A DNA stretch of 36,435 nt, taken from contig CAWBNQ010000009.1 of NCBI GenBank assembly GCA_963790205.1, forward strand, positions 1-36,435, given 5' to 3'. A program made the position numbers and the translations under genes. The notes beneath the pieces are model-generated. The model was not told where the DNA came from. It was given only the letters and a program-made list of their open reading frames with translations, and ran no database searches. Below, piece by piece: positions 1-11,052 of the stretch (its first letter is position 1; every line of letters begins with the position of its first letter). The stretch is from Nitrospirota bacterium (GTDB lineage: Bacteria > Nitrospirota > UBA9217).

Positions 1-1
1 C

Positions 2-340
2 GCCGAACCACGGCTCGGTGAAATGGAGGCGGAGCAATAGCTTCCGGTGATCGAGGCGGAAATGGTATTTTAGCCGGTGCCTGCCGAACCGGTAGGTGCG
101 GTAGAGTTGCGGGATGTCGGTGCCGCGCACGGGTGTCATGGAATATCCGCAGCTCGCCAGATCGTTGGGAATGTTTTCGAAGTCATTTCCCCAACTCGTC
201 CACCCCCAGGTTTCACCCGGAAGAAATTCCTGGTCCGGCTGCCAGCGCCTTCCCGCGAGATCGCGGAAGCCCTCGTCGTCCCCGCACGAGACACGGAATA
301 GGCATGGGCCGGGGTCAGGCGGGAATGGCGCAGAGATTTT
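2..340 (-). CDS. Malectin-domain protein fragment (probably part of a GH2-type glycoside hydrolase); runs off the window edge and is absent from the ORF track
   Basis: Manual minus-strand translation gives PDPGPCLFRVSCGDDEGFRDLAGRRWQPDQEFLPGETWGWTSWGNDF...TPVRGTDIPQLYRTYRFGRHRLKYHFRLDHRKLLLRLHFTEPWFG. This matches the malectin pattern RVNCG...W..D...GT.D..LY.T.R.G...Y.F......L.F.EPW. No usable start; the frame breaks near 380. Confidence 0.7.
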
Positions 341-617
341 TGAAGTGGGCGACCTTCTCCACGGCCCCGTCGTGGACGATCAGGGCCGCGCTGGTGTACT
401 GTTTGCTGCGTGCGTGCTGATGAGCATCGTCTCGGTGCGTGATGGCAGAACGTATGGCAATTGACGCAATCGCCACCGAAATACTCGCTGCTCAAGACGC
501 AACGGATTCGTTGAAGCTCCGCAGGCCCCGCTGGTAGAGGCCCATCTCCGCGCCAGACCGAATGGACCGGCCGAATCCGCCGGTAGGCGAGGTACGGATC
601 GATGTCCTGGGCGGCGC

Positions 618-1841
618 GGCAGTGATGCGCTGATCCAAGCCGCTGCTGATGTAGCACAGGCACTGTGCGAAGGCAGTAAGCAGGCAGCCCTTTGTTACGT
701 TGTTCCGGAGTGCAACAGCATGGGCGCGGGACTCATGGGCGGAAAGAGTCTCGAAGATTTATTTACGTCTCCTTCGCTCCTTCAGGGACAGAGTCAAAGC
801 AGCGAGACCGATACCGTCATTATTCTCGAAAACGATCTCTTTCGCAGGGGCGACGAAAAAACCGTCAACACATTCCTGAGCAAGGCGAAACACGTCATTA
901 GCATCGATCATCTCATCAACGCGACATCGTCGAGATCGGAAGTGGCCCTGCCTGCCGCAACGTTCTCGGAATCCGACGGCACCCTGGTGAACAACGAAGG
1001 CCGGGCACAGCGATTTTATCAGGTCTTCTCGCCGAATCACGACGTGCGGGAGAGCTGGAAATGGATCCGTGATATAATCACGACATCGGGTCGTAACGAA
1101 GCGATCGCCTGGAATACGCTTGACGATATCGCGACTGCCGTGGCAGCGGCATTTCCGGTGTTAAAACCCATACAGGATATCGCGCCGCGTGCGGATTTTC
1201 GGATATCCGGACAAAAAGTGCCGCGCCAGCCCCATCGTTACAGCGGCCGGACGGCCGTGCTTGCGAACATCACCATGCACGAACCCAAGCCTCCGGATGA
1301 TCCCGACTCCCCTCTCTCGTTCTCAATGGAAGGAAGCGACGGCCTGCCGCCCGCGCCTCTGGTCCCGCGCTACTGGTCGCCCGGATGGAATTCCGTCCAG
1401 GCGTTGAACAAATTTCAGCAGGAAGTCGCCGGTCCGCTCAAAGGCGGAGCTCCGGCCGGCAGATTGATCGAACCGTCACTGACGGTAAAGACGCCAAATT
1501 CCATCGTCACGCCCGAAGCCTTCCGGCCAAAAACAACTGAGTGGCTTATCGTCTCCCTCTTTGAAGTTTTCGGATCGGAAGAGCTGAGTATGCTCTCTCC
1601 CGGCATCGCAGAGCGTGCGCCGAAACCCTATGCTTTGCTCAATTCAGCAGATGCTTCGCGCATCGGGGTACAGGACGCGGACATGATAGAAGTATTGCTT
1701 GCAGATATGGATCAGCAATTCAAGGCAAGGATCGTGTCAGACCTTCCGGCAGGTACGGTTGGCCTCTATGCCGGGACTGCGATGGCATTCAGCGTTACTG
1801 CTCCCGTGTATTGTAAGATCAAAAAGGTATCTTCCAAATGA
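618..1841 (+). CDS. nuoG: NADH:quinone oxidoreductase subunit G, C-terminal part only (5' end degraded or missing)
   Basis: ORF 720..1841 has [34 protein letters not shown] and WSPGWNS motifs of E. coli-type NuoG. The frame extends upstream to ~618 ([16 protein letters not shown]...VPECNSMG). The stop overlaps the nuoH start (ATGA). Confidence 0.9.
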   Translation, partial: GSDALIQAAADVAQALCEGSKQAALCYVVPECNSMGAGLMGGKSLEDLFTSPSLLQGQSQSSETDTVIILENDLFRRGDEKTVNTFLSKAKHVISIDHLINATSSRSEVALPAATFSESDGTLVNNEGRAQRFYQVFSPNHDVRESWKWIRDIITTSGRNEAIAWNTLDDIATAVAAAFPVLKPIQDIAPRADFRISGQKVPRQPHRYSGRTAVLANITMHEPKPPDDPDSPLSFSMEGSDGLPPAPLVPRYWSPGWNSVQALNKFQQEVAGPLKGGAPAGRLIEPSLTVKTPNSIVTPEAFRPKTTEWLIVSLFEVFGSEELSMLSPGIAERAPKPYALLNSADASRIGVQDADMIEVLLADMDQQFKARIVSDLPAGTVGLYAGTAMAFSVTAPVYCKIKKVSSK

Positions 1842-2794
1842 ACGACATCATCCTGCATCTGATAATACTTTTCAGCATCCTGATCGCGGTGCTTTCCGTG
1901 GGAGGAGGCCTGATCTGGTACGAGCGGAGGCTCCTGGCGCTCTGGCAGGACCGGTACGGGCCGAACCGCGTGGGTCCGTTCGGCATCCTGCAGGTCGTGG
2001 CCGACATGATCAAGGTTTTCACCAAGGAGGACTGGATACCGCCCTTTGCGGACAAGGCGGTATTCATCATCGCGCCGGCAGTGATCGTCGTCATCGTGCT
2101 CATGTCCTACACCATCATCCCCTTTGCGCCCGGGATCGAGGTCGTGGACTTGAATATCGGACTGCTCTTCTTCCTGGCCATGTCCTCCCTCGGCGTATAT
2201 AGTGTGGCCCTGGCCGGCTGGGCGTCGGATAGCAAGTATTCCCTTCTGGGAGGCCTGCGGGCATCGGCGCAGATGCTGAGCTATGAAGTATTTATGGGAC
2301 TTTCGCTCATGGGAGTGGTTATGCTGGCGGGTTCCTTTAATCTGCGCGTAATCGTCGAAGCGCAGCGCCACATGTGGTTCGCTGTGCCGCAGTTCATCGG
2401 CCTGGTCATCTTCTTTATCGCCGGCATTGCCGAGACGCACCGGCTCCCGTTCGACCTGCCCGAAGCGGAGAGCGAACTGGTGGCCGGGTATCATTCCGAA
2501 TATTCAGGCATGAAGTTCGGCATGTTCTTCGTCGGCGAATATCTCGGCATCGCGCTCATCTCGGCGCTCACGGTCGCGCTTTTTTTCGGAGGTTGGCTGG
2601 GGCCTGTTCTGCCGCCGCTCGCGTGGTTCCTGATCAAGACGCTCGTGTTCATCAGCTTTTTCATCCTGCTCCGGGCTTCGCTTCCCCGGCCGCGGTATGA
2701 TCAGCTCATGTCCTTCGGCTGGAAGATCTTTTTGCCGCTTTCACTGTTGAACTTGTTGGTAACAGGGGCAGTTATTCTATTGAGAAAACATTAA
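1838..2794 (+). CDS. nuoH: NADH:quinone oxidoreductase subunit H
   Basis: ERR...[42 protein letters not shown] and PRPRYDQLM motifs; multi-TM. Confidence 0.97.
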   Translation: MNDIILHLIILFSILIAVLSVGGGLIWYERRLLALWQDRYGPNRVGPFGILQVVADMIKVFTKEDWIPPFADKAVFIIAPAVIVVIVLMSYTIIPFAPGIEVVDLNIGLLFFLAMSSLGVYSVALAGWASDSKYSLLGGLRASAQMLSYEVFMGLSLMGVVMLAGSFNLRVIVEAQRHMWFAVPQFIGLVIFFIAGIAETHRLPFDLPEAESELVAGYHSEYSGMKFGMFFVGEYLGIALISALTVALFFGGWLGPVLPPLAWFLIKTLVFISFFILLRASLPRPRYDQLMSFGWKIFLPLSLLNLLVTGAVILLRKH

Positions 2795-2802
2795 CGACGC
2801 TT

Positions 2803-3318
2803 ATGTACAGCATACTCAAAACGATCTGGACGGTCTTCATGACCATGTTCCGAAAACGGGTTACGATCCAGTACCCCGAGGAGCGGCCCTATATCCCTCC
2901 CCGGTGGCGCGGCAGGATCATCCTCTCCCGCGACCCCGACGGACAGGAGCGCTGCGTGGCATGCTACCTCTGTGCAGCGGCATGCCCGGTCGACTGCATC
3001 TCGCTCCAGGCCACGGAGGACGATCACGGGCGCCGGTATCCCGAGTTCTTCCGCATCAACTTTTCGCGCTGCATCTTCTGCGGATACTGCGAAGAGGCAT
3101 GCCCAACGTATGCCATCCAGCTGACGACCGACTTCGAAATGAGCGAATATAAACGAAAGAACCTGGTGTACGAAAAGGAAGACCTGCTCATCAGCGGCCC
3201 GGGCAAGTATCATGATTATAATTTTTACCGGGTCGCCGGTTTGTCTATCAAGGGGAAGGACAAGGGCGAGGCGGAGAACGAGGATAAACCGGTCGACGTG
3301 AAATCCCTGTTGCCCTGA
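2803..3318 (+). CDS. nuoI: NADH:quinone oxidoreductase subunit I (2x[4Fe-4S])
   Basis: [19 protein letters not shown] and [12 protein letters not shown] ferredoxin motifs; operon position. Confidence 0.97.
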   Translation: MYSILKTIWTVFMTMFRKRVTIQYPEERPYIPPRWRGRIILSRDPDGQERCVACYLCAAACPVDCISLQATEDDHGRRYPEFFRINFSRCIFCGYCEEACPTYAIQLTTDFEMSEYKRKNLVYEKEDLLISGPGKYHDYNFYRVAGLSIKGKDKGEAENEDKPVDVKSLLP

Positions 3319-3326
3319 GGCGAGAG

Positions 3327-3824
3327 ATGAACTCATCTGTTTCTACATATCCGCAATCGTGGCCGTTGTTTCCACCTTCATGGTCATCACCAGGACGAAC
3401 ACGGTGCACGCGCTTCTGTACCTGATCGTCTCGCTCCTGGCCGTGGCTCTTATTTTTTTCCTCCTCGGCGCGCCTTTTGTGGCGGCGCTCGAAGTGATCG
3501 TCTACGCCGGGGCCATCATGGTCCTTTTCGTGTTCGTCATCATGATGCTGAACCTCGGCGCACAGGCGGCAAAGCAGGAATCACAATTGTTGAGCCCGGG
3601 AATATGGATAGGGCCATCGATCCTGATGGTTGTTCTCGCCGCAGAGCTCATCGTATGTATTCACGGCTGATCGCGCAAGACTGTATACGGCAAGTTTGAT
3701 CGGCCCCCAGCAGGTCGGGATCGCTCTGTTCGGACCGTATGTCCTCGGCGTGGAACTCGCGTCCATGCTGCTCCTGGCAGGCTTGATCGGCGCGTACCAT
3801 CTGGGCAGGCCGCATAAGCATTAG
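3327..3824 (+). CDS. nuoJ: NADH:quinone oxidoreductase subunit J (two single-base frameshifts, ~3330 and ~3653)
   Basis: HALLYL, ALEVIVYAGAIMVLFVFVIMML (3359..3670), then LFGPYVLGVELASMLLLAGLIGA (3630..3824). ATG 3327 is out of frame with ELICFYISA and is restored by adding one G. Confidence 0.9.
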
Positions 3825-3864
3825 CAGTGACTGCGGAGAGACGCGGAGATAATGAGGAGTTGAT

Positions 3865-4175
3865 ATGGTCACAAACGTACCCATGGAACACGGACTCATC
3901 CTTGCGGCGATCCTGTTCGCGCTCGGACTCGCGGCGTTCTCGCGCGCAGGAACATCGTGTTCATGCTTATGTCCGTCGAGATCATGCTGAACGCCGTAGG
4001 CCTTGCGTTCGTTGTCGCCGGCGCGCGCTGGGGACAGGTCGACGGCCAGATCATGTTCATTTTCATTCTTACGATGGCTGCGGCCGAGGTCTCCGTCGGC
4101 CTGGCACTTGTTCTGCAGTTCTATCACAGTTTTCGGACACTCGATGCCGACGCTGCGTCTACGATGAAAGGGTAA
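3865..4175 (+). CDS. nuoK: NADH:quinone oxidoreductase subunit K (one frameshift ~3933)
   Basis: GAGGAG RBS then [22 protein letters not shown]; after a missing G the frame continues [17 protein letters not shown]...[11 protein letters not shown]. Confidence 0.9.
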
Positions 4176-4192
4176 TTGTTCCACACTGAACC

Positions 4193-6093
4193 ATGAACTA
4201 ATTACTTTTCCTCATACCTGCCCTTCCCCTAGCCGGATTCCTTATCCTGGCCTTCATGGGCCGGCGTCTTTCGAAGCCTGCCATTGCCTCGATCGGTGCG
4301 GGTTCCGTGGGGCTGTCCGCTGTTATCACGATCCTTGCTTTCATCCGATTCATGAGCGCGCCGCCGCCGGGTCATGCCTTCACCCAGGTCCTCTGGACGT
4401 GGATGCAGTTCGACGGTTATGCGCCGACCATCTCTTTTTTGCTCGACCCGCTTTCACTCGTCATGGCGCTGGTGATCACCGTCGTGGGGTTCCTGATCCA
4501 CGTCTATTCGGCCGAACACATGCTGGACGAGGAAGGATACAGCCGTTTCTTCGCTTACATGAACCTCTTTGTCAGTTCCATGCTCATCCTCGTGCTTGCC
4601 GATAACCTGCTGCTGCTCTATCTCGGATGGGAAGGCGTGGGTCTCTGCAGCTATCTTCTGATCGGCTTCTGGTATAAAGACCCGGCCAACGGCGCTGCGG
4701 CGCGCAAGGCCTTCATCGTGACCCGCATCGGAGACACGGCCATGGCGCTCGGTCTTTTCCTGCTCTTCACGAATCTCGGCACGCTCAATATCCAGGAGCT
4801 GATGCAGAATGCGTCGAGGCAGTGGCAGCCCGGCTCGCACGATGGCGGTCCTTGCCTCGGCGCTGCTGCTCGGCGGCGCCGTGGGAAAATCCGCCCAGCT
4901 TCCGCTCCAGACATGGCTGCCGGACGCCATGGCCGGCCCCTCGCCGGTGAGCGCCCTGATCCATGCCGCGACCATGGTGACCGCGGGCGTCTACCTGATC
5001 GCCCGGACGCACGTGCTCTTTGCGCTTGCTCCCTCGGTGCAGCTCATGGTCGCCGTGATCGGCGCCGCGACCCTGCTGCTCGCGGGATTCAGCGCCCTGA
5101 CGCAGAAGGACATAAAGCGGGTCCTTGCGTATTCGACGATAAGCCAGCTCGGCTACATGTTCCTCGCCCTCGGCGTGGGCGCATGGTCCGCGGCCATGTT
5201 CCATTTCCTGACGCATGCATTCTTCAAGGCGCTCCTGTTCCTCGCTGCCGGCGTCGTGATCCTGGCGCAGCACCACGAGCATGATATGTTCAAAATGGGC
5301 GGGCTGCGCAACAAGCTGCCGCTCACGTTCTGGACATTTCTTATCGGCGCCTCCTCGCTCTCTGCCTTGCCGCTCGTGACCGCAGGATTTTACAGCAAGG
5401 ACCTTATCTTGTGGAGCGCATTGAGCCTCGGGCGCGTGCGGCACTTGGCTCTGGGCGGCCGGTCTTGCAGGTGCGTTCATCACGTCGCTCTACACGTTCC
5501 GCATGGTCTTTATCACGTTCTTCGGTGAATCAAAATTGGACGTCAGCTGGAGGCCCGGCGCCCTCTCGATGCTGCCGCTCGTCATCCTCGCACTCTTTTC
5601 TATCATCGGGGGGTTCGTTGAGCTGCCGGACACGCTCGGCGGCATTCCTTATTTTTCCAGCTTCTTGCGGCCTGTTTTCCCGGCAACAACAGCGATGCCC
5701 GGCGCCGAAGGCGGGAACGAGTTGACGTTCCAGGTCATAGCATCGCTCGTGTCTCTTGCCGGCATTTTAACTGCGTATCTGATCTTCCTGCGAAGACCCC
5801 AACTGGCGGATCAAGTCGTTCAGAATCGTGCGTGCGCTGCGCTTCATCGCTTCTGGTCCTCGGGCTGGGGCTTTGACCGTTTGTATGATGCGCTCGTTGT
5901 CCGGCCCTTTCTTTGGGCGGTGCGCGTGAACAAGGCTGATGTTGTCGATTTCGGATATGCGTGGATCGCCGCATTCAATCGCTCTGCGCACTCTGTTCTA
6001 AGTTCTACGCAAACAGGCAGTATTCGTTGGTACACCGCGGGCATCGCCGTCGGTGCCGTAATCTTTCTCGGCATAGTGCTGATCTTTCATTAG
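4193..6093 (+). CDS. nuoL: NADH:quinone oxidoreductase subunit L (TAA at codon 3; frameshifts ~4838 and ~5427)
   Basis: Pieces 4256.., 4809.. and 5503..6093 join into Nuo[61 protein letters not shown] 4193 is in frame with [13 protein letters not shown] but is followed by AAC TAA. Confidence 0.92.
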
Positions 6094-6149
6094 AATAGAA
6101 GCCTCTTGATTCAATGAACGCTGAAGAATAACGTGAGAAGAGCAACCCA

Positions 6150-7700
6150 ATGATCCTTGCATGGTTGATCATCATACCGCTTATAGGCGGCTTGCTTGCC
6201 TGGTTCGCTGCCGGGAAGAACGCGTCGGCGGCCCGATGGATATCCCTCGTCGCGCTCGCAATAGACAGCATATTGCTGGCATTGTTCTGGTCGGGATCAT
6301 CGCAGACCATGCCCGGTTCCGGCACCTGGCTGGTTGAATTGAGCACGCCCTGGATCCCCCAGCTCGGCATCGGCTTTCACCTCGCCATGGACGGCCTCAG
6401 TCTGGTGATGGTGGCACTCACCCTTTTCCTCGGCATGATATCCGTTCTCTGCTCCTGGACCGAGATCCGCGAACGCGTAGGGTTTTTCCATATGAACCTC
6501 ATGGCGATCCTTTCCGGCATCCTCGGCGTATTCCTCTCCCTGGACCTGTTCCTGTTCTATTTTTTCTGGGAGCTCATGCTCGTGCCTATGTATTTCCTGA
6601 TCAGCATCTGGGGACACGAGAACCGTGTTTACGCCTCGCTCAAGTTCTTTCTCTTTACCCAGGCGGGCGGCCTGCTCATGCTGCTCTCGATCCTCGGTCT
6701 CTACTTCATCCACGGCAGCAACACGGGCATCTATACCTTTGACTATTCCCTTCTTCTCGGGACCGCCCTGACGCCCAAGGCAGCTTTCTGGCTCATGCTC
6801 GGGTTCTTCATTTCCTTTGCGGTGAAATTGCCCATGGTGCCCTTCCACCCCTGGCTGCCGGACGCGCATACGGAAGCGCCCACGGCCGGGAGCGTCATCC
6901 TCGCGGGGCTGCTGCTCAAGACCGGGGCGTACGGGCTCCTGCGCTTCGTGTTGCCGCTGTTCCCCGGAGCCGTCCTGGCCGCTGCTCCAATGATCATGAT
7001 CATCTCGGTCATCGGCATCATTTACGGTGCAATGCTCGCGCTTGCCCAGACCGACCTCAAACGACTCGTAGCCTACACCAGCGTCAGTCATATGGGGTTC
7101 GTGCTCCTCGGCATCTTCGCGGGAACTTCGACGGCGTTGCAGGGGGCGGTCATGCAGATGCTTGCGCACGGAGTGAGCACGGGTGCCCTGTTCATTATCG
7201 TCGGCATGATACAGGAGCGCATTCATACCCGTGATATGGACAGCATGGGCGGGCTCTGGTCCTCGGTCCCCCGCTTGAGCGTCGTGGGCATGGTCTTCTG
7301 CCTGGCCTCCCTCGGGCTGCCGGGCTTCGGGAACTTCGTGGCAGAGTTCATGGTGCTGCTCGGAACTTATCACGTGAGCGCTATCGTAACCGCATTCGCG
7401 GCTACCGGGCTCATCTTCGCCGCGATCTACTCGCTCTGGATGGTCCAACGCGTCCTCCACGGAGAGCCGCGAAGGGTCTGTAGCATGCATGATCTCTCGA
7501 TGCGCGAAACCGGGATCATGGCCGCCCTGGTCATCGCCATTTTCTGGCTTGGTCTCTACCCGCGGCCTTTTCTGAACGCCACAAGCCCTGCCCTGAGTTC
7601 GATCCAATTCCGTGCGCCTGCATCGCGCATCGATACGCCGCCCGCAACCGCGATTGATGCACGACAGCAACCTACAGAAGTGCAGGGAGGATCGAAATGA
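6150..7700 (+). CDS. nuoM: NADH:quinone oxidoreductase subunit M
   Basis: DLFLFYFFWELMLVPMYFLI, KLPMVPFHPWLPDAHTEAPTAGS, KRLVAYTSVSHMG. Confidence 0.97.
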   Translation: MILAWLIIIPLIGGLLAWFAAGKNASAARWISLVALAIDSILLALFWSGSSQTMPGSGTWLVELSTPWIPQLGIGFHLAMDGLSLVMVALTLFLGMISVLCSWTEIRERVGFFHMNLMAILSGILGVFLSLDLFLFYFFWELMLVPMYFLISIWGHENRVYASLKFFLFTQAGGLLMLLSILGLYFIHGSNTGIYTFDYSLLLGTALTPKAAFWLMLGFFISFAVKLPMVPFHPWLPDAHTEAPTAGSVILAGLLLKTGAYGLLRFVLPLFPGAVLAAAPMIMIISVIGIIYGAMLALAQTDLKRLVAYTSVSHMGFVLLGIFAGTSTALQGAVMQMLAHGVSTGALFIIVGMIQERIHTRDMDSMGGLWSSVPRLSVVGMVFCLASLGLPGFGNFVAEFMVLLGTYHVSAIVTAFAATGLIFAAIYSLWMVQRVLHGEPRRVCSMHDLSMRETGIMAALVIAIFWLGLYPRPFLNATSPALSSIQFRAPASRIDTPPATAIDARQQPTEVQGGSK

Positions 7701-9130
7701 GCGCCGCGGACATGACAGCTCTCATTCCTCTCATCATTATTGCCGTCACCTCGGTCGTAGTCATGCTGATGATCGCCTTCCATCGGCACCACGGGCTCAC
7801 TGCCGCATTGACGCTCTCGGGCCTGCTTTTAGCAGCTGCTGCGCTCCCTTTTCCGTCTTCGATAACGCCTCGAGCGATAACATCACTCTTGATCATCGAT
7901 CAGTACGCGCTTTTTTATATGGGGCTGATATTCTTCGCGAGCTTCAGCGTGGCCGCGCTGGCATTCTCGTACCTCGGCATCCGGGGCGGGAACCACGAAG
8001 AGTTCTATCTCCTGCTGCTGCTCGCGACGCTCGGCACTGCGGTGCTTGCTGCAAGCACGCATTTTGTTTCGTTCTTCCTCGGCATCGAGATCTTAAGCGT
8101 GTCGCTCTACGCGATGACCGCCTATCTCAGGCACAGCGACCGCAGCATCGAAGCGGGCGTCAAGTACCTGATCCTGGCGGCAGTTTCGTCCGCGTTCATC
8201 CTGTTCGGCATGGCGCTTGTCTACGCTGAGACCGGCAACATGGAATTCGCGCAGATCGCCCTGCGCGCGCCATTGTCAGGCGGACATGGCCTTCCCTTCG
8301 CCGCCGGCCTCGTGATGATCGTCATCGGCCTGGGATTCAAGCTGGCCGTGGTCCCGTTCCATATGTGGACGCCCGATGTCTATGAAGGCGCGCCCGCTCC
8401 GGTCACTGCCTTTATCGCCACTGTGTCCAAAGGCGCTGTGTTCGCGCTCGTCTTACGGTACTTCACGCGCATCGACATCCACGCCCATCGGTCCTTGTTC
8501 ATCGTCTTCACGGTCATCGCCGTCGCGTCCATGTTCGCCGGCAATCTGTTCGCCCTGCTCCAGCGGAACGTGAAACGCATCCTTGCGTACTCTTCCATAT
8601 CTCATCTCGGCTACCTCCTCGTGACGCTGCTCGCGAGCGGTCCGATGGCGATAAGCGCCGCAGCATTTTATCTTACTGCTTACTTCGTGACCACCCTCGG
8701 TGCTTTCGGCGTTGTCACTGTGCTCTCGAATAAGGACCGGGATGCCGACAGCATGGACGATTACATGGGCCTTGCGTGGCGCAGGCCGTGGCTTGCAGGA
8801 GTCTTTACCGCTATGTTGCTCTCCCTGGCCGGGATTCCGCTTACCGCCGGATTCGTCGGGAAATTTTACGTCGTTGCCGCCGGCGTCGGGTCAGCGCTCT
8901 GGTTCCTCGTGATCGTCCTCGTGATCAACAGCGCCCTGGGACTGTTCTACTATCTACGGATCGTCGTGGCCGTCTATTCCCGCGCGGATGAAGGGGTTTC
9001 AGCCCCGCCCGCGCTCTCACGCTCGGGCAGCGCAATGCTCGCGGTACTTGCGATCGCGCTCGTCTGGCTCGGCGTGTATCCCGGGCCGCTGCTTGCCATT
9101 ATTCAGAAAACGATACAGAGCCTGATATAA
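7697..9130 (+). CDS. nuoN: NADH:quinone oxidoreductase subunit N
   Basis: EAGVKYLIL, FKLAVVPFHMWTPDVYEGAP, KRILAYSSISHLGY; start overlaps the nuoM stop. Confidence 0.97.
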   Translation: MSAADMTALIPLIIIAVTSVVVMLMIAFHRHHGLTAALTLSGLLLAAAALPFPSSITPRAITSLLIIDQYALFYMGLIFFASFSVAALAFSYLGIRGGNHEEFYLLLLLATLGTAVLAASTHFVSFFLGIEILSVSLYAMTAYLRHSDRSIEAGVKYLILAAVSSAFILFGMALVYAETGNMEFAQIALRAPLSGGHGLPFAAGLVMIVIGLGFKLAVVPFHMWTPDVYEGAPAPVTAFIATVSKGAVFALVLRYFTRIDIHAHRSLFIVFTVIAVASMFAGNLFALLQRNVKRILAYSSISHLGYLLVTLLASGPMAISAAAFYLTAYFVTTLGAFGVVTVLSNKDRDADSMDDYMGLAWRRPWLAGVFTAMLLSLAGIPLTAGFVGKFYVVAAGVGSALWFLVIVLVINSALGLFYYLRIVVAVYSRADEGVSAPPALSRSGSAMLAVLAIALVWLGVYPGPLLAIIQKTIQSLI

Positions 9131-9149
9131 ATAAGAGAAGAGGTGTAGC

Positions 9150-11052
9150 ATGAACGATCTTGAATCCATCGCCAAGCTTATCCGTTACTACAGCCTGATC
9201 ATGACCACGGAGGCGGGGTCGGGCCACCCATCGTCATCGCTGTCGGCTGCAGATCTGATGACAGGCCTCCTGTTCGGCGGGTCTTTTCGGTATGATCTTG
9301 ACGAACCTCGTCATCCGAACAATGACCGGCTGATCTTCTCCAAGGGTCATGCGTCGCCGCTCTTCTACTCGCTGTGGGCCGCTGCAGGAAAGGTCACGGA
9401 AGAGGAACTCTTGAGCTTCAGAAAGTTCAACAGCCCCCTGGAAGGACATCCCACCCCCGCATTCCGATATACGGAGGCGGCCACGGGTTCGCTCGGACAG
9501 GGGCTGTCGATCGGCGTCGGCATGGCATTGAACGCAAAATATCTCGACAAGCTCCCCTATCGCACGTATCGTGCTTCTGGGAGACAGCGAGATGGCCGAA
9601 GGTTCGCAGTGGGAGGCCATGGAGATCGCGGCCCATTATAAGCTCGACAATCTCATCGGGATCATGGACGTGAACAGGCTGGGCCAGCGCGGCGAGACCA
9701 TGTACGGTCATGACCTCTCCGTGTATAAGGACCGGGTGTCGGCCTTCGGCTGGGAACCGATCGTGATCGACGGCCACCATCTTCCCCAGATCCTTACCGC
9801 GTACAAACAGGCGCTGGAGGCCGGTGACAGGCCAGTCATGATCATTGCAAAAACGCTGAAGGGTAAGGGAGTATCGTTCATCGAGGACAAGAACGGCTGG
9901 CACGGTAAACCGCTCAAGAAGGATGAACTGGCCCGGGCGCTCGATGAACTGTCCCCGATCGACAAGACGGTCCGGGGTCAGATACCCAAACCCGAGGACC
10001 TCCATCCGATGGAACAGCCGAAACAGATGGCCCGCTCGGTCTCCTATCCCGCCGATAAGCCGGCATCCACGAGACACGCCTATGGAACCGCGCTGGCGCG
10101 GATCTCTCCCCGGTTCCCGGACATGGTGGTGCTTGACGCGGAGGTGAGCAACTCTACCTATGCGGAACTGTTCAAGGACGTGCATCCTGAGCGGTTCTTC
10201 GAAATGTTCATCGCGGAGCAGAATATGGTCGGGACGGCCCTCGGCCTCTCGATCCGCGGGAAGGTCCCTTTTGTCTCCACCTTTGCGGCTTTTCTGACGC
10301 GCGCCTTCGACCAGATACGAATGTCCCGGCACTCGCACGCCAACATAAAGTTCTGCGGTTCCCATGCCGGGGTTTCCATCGGCGAGGATGGCTCGTCGCA
10401 GATGGGGCTCGAAGACCTCGCCATGTTCAGGACGCTTTTAGACAGCGTCGTTCTCTACCCCTCGGACGCCGTCTCTACGGAAAAACTCGTCGAAGCATCC
10501 GCGCAACATGAAGGGATCGTATACCTGAGGACGACGCGGAAAGATACCCCGGTCCTGTATCACAATGACGAGGTGTTCCGGATCGGCGGGAGTAAAACGC
10601 TGAAATCGAGCAAGAAGGACGTCGCAACCATCGTGGCAGCGGGCATCACGGTGCATGAAGCGCTCAAGGCCTATGAAGAACTGAAAAATAACGATATCCT
10701 GGTCCGCGTGCTGGATCTCTATAGCGTAAAACCCCTCGATGAATGGACACTGTCCCTCGCTGGCCGTGAGACCGGCGTGATCATAACCGTTGAAGACCAC
10801 TTTGCGGAAGGCGGGATCGGAGAAGCGGTAAAAAGCGCGCTGTCTGAACAGCGGACGCCGGTCTATTCCCTCGCCGTCAGAAAGATGCCGAAGAGCGGCA
10901 AACCCGAAGAGCTTCTCGAGTACGAAGAGATCTCCCAGAAGGCGATCGTCAGAAAGGTCAAGGACATCGCCGGGCAGCAAAAAGAAAAGCGGAAGCGGCA
11001 GATAAAGCGTGATAGGGTCGAACAGGGAGGAACGACAGAGATCAGGGGTTGA
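9150..11052 (+). CDS. tkt: Transketolase (single chain; frameshift from an extra C at ~9570)
   Basis: SGHPSSSLS, FSKGHASP, LEGHPTP, ATGSLGQG; TPP motif GDSEMAEGSQWEA...DVNRLGQ; FIAEQNM; GEDGSSQM. Confidence 0.93.

Noticed and set aside
77..663. ORF-track calls 77..301, 114..464, 133..420, 136..663
   Set aside because: No family motifs; the real coding signal is a different minus frame (malectin) and degraded nuoG
4193..4201. Stop-codon recoding at nuoL codon 3
   Set aside because: The stop is TAA, at a non-conserved position, with no recoding signal; a base-call error is more likely
6297..7670. Long antisense ORFs (also 9427..10365, 11214..12281, 13184..14140, 18258..19634, 30551..31252)
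   Set aside because: Shadow frames opposite well-supported genes, expected from GC-rich codon usage; no recognisable motifs
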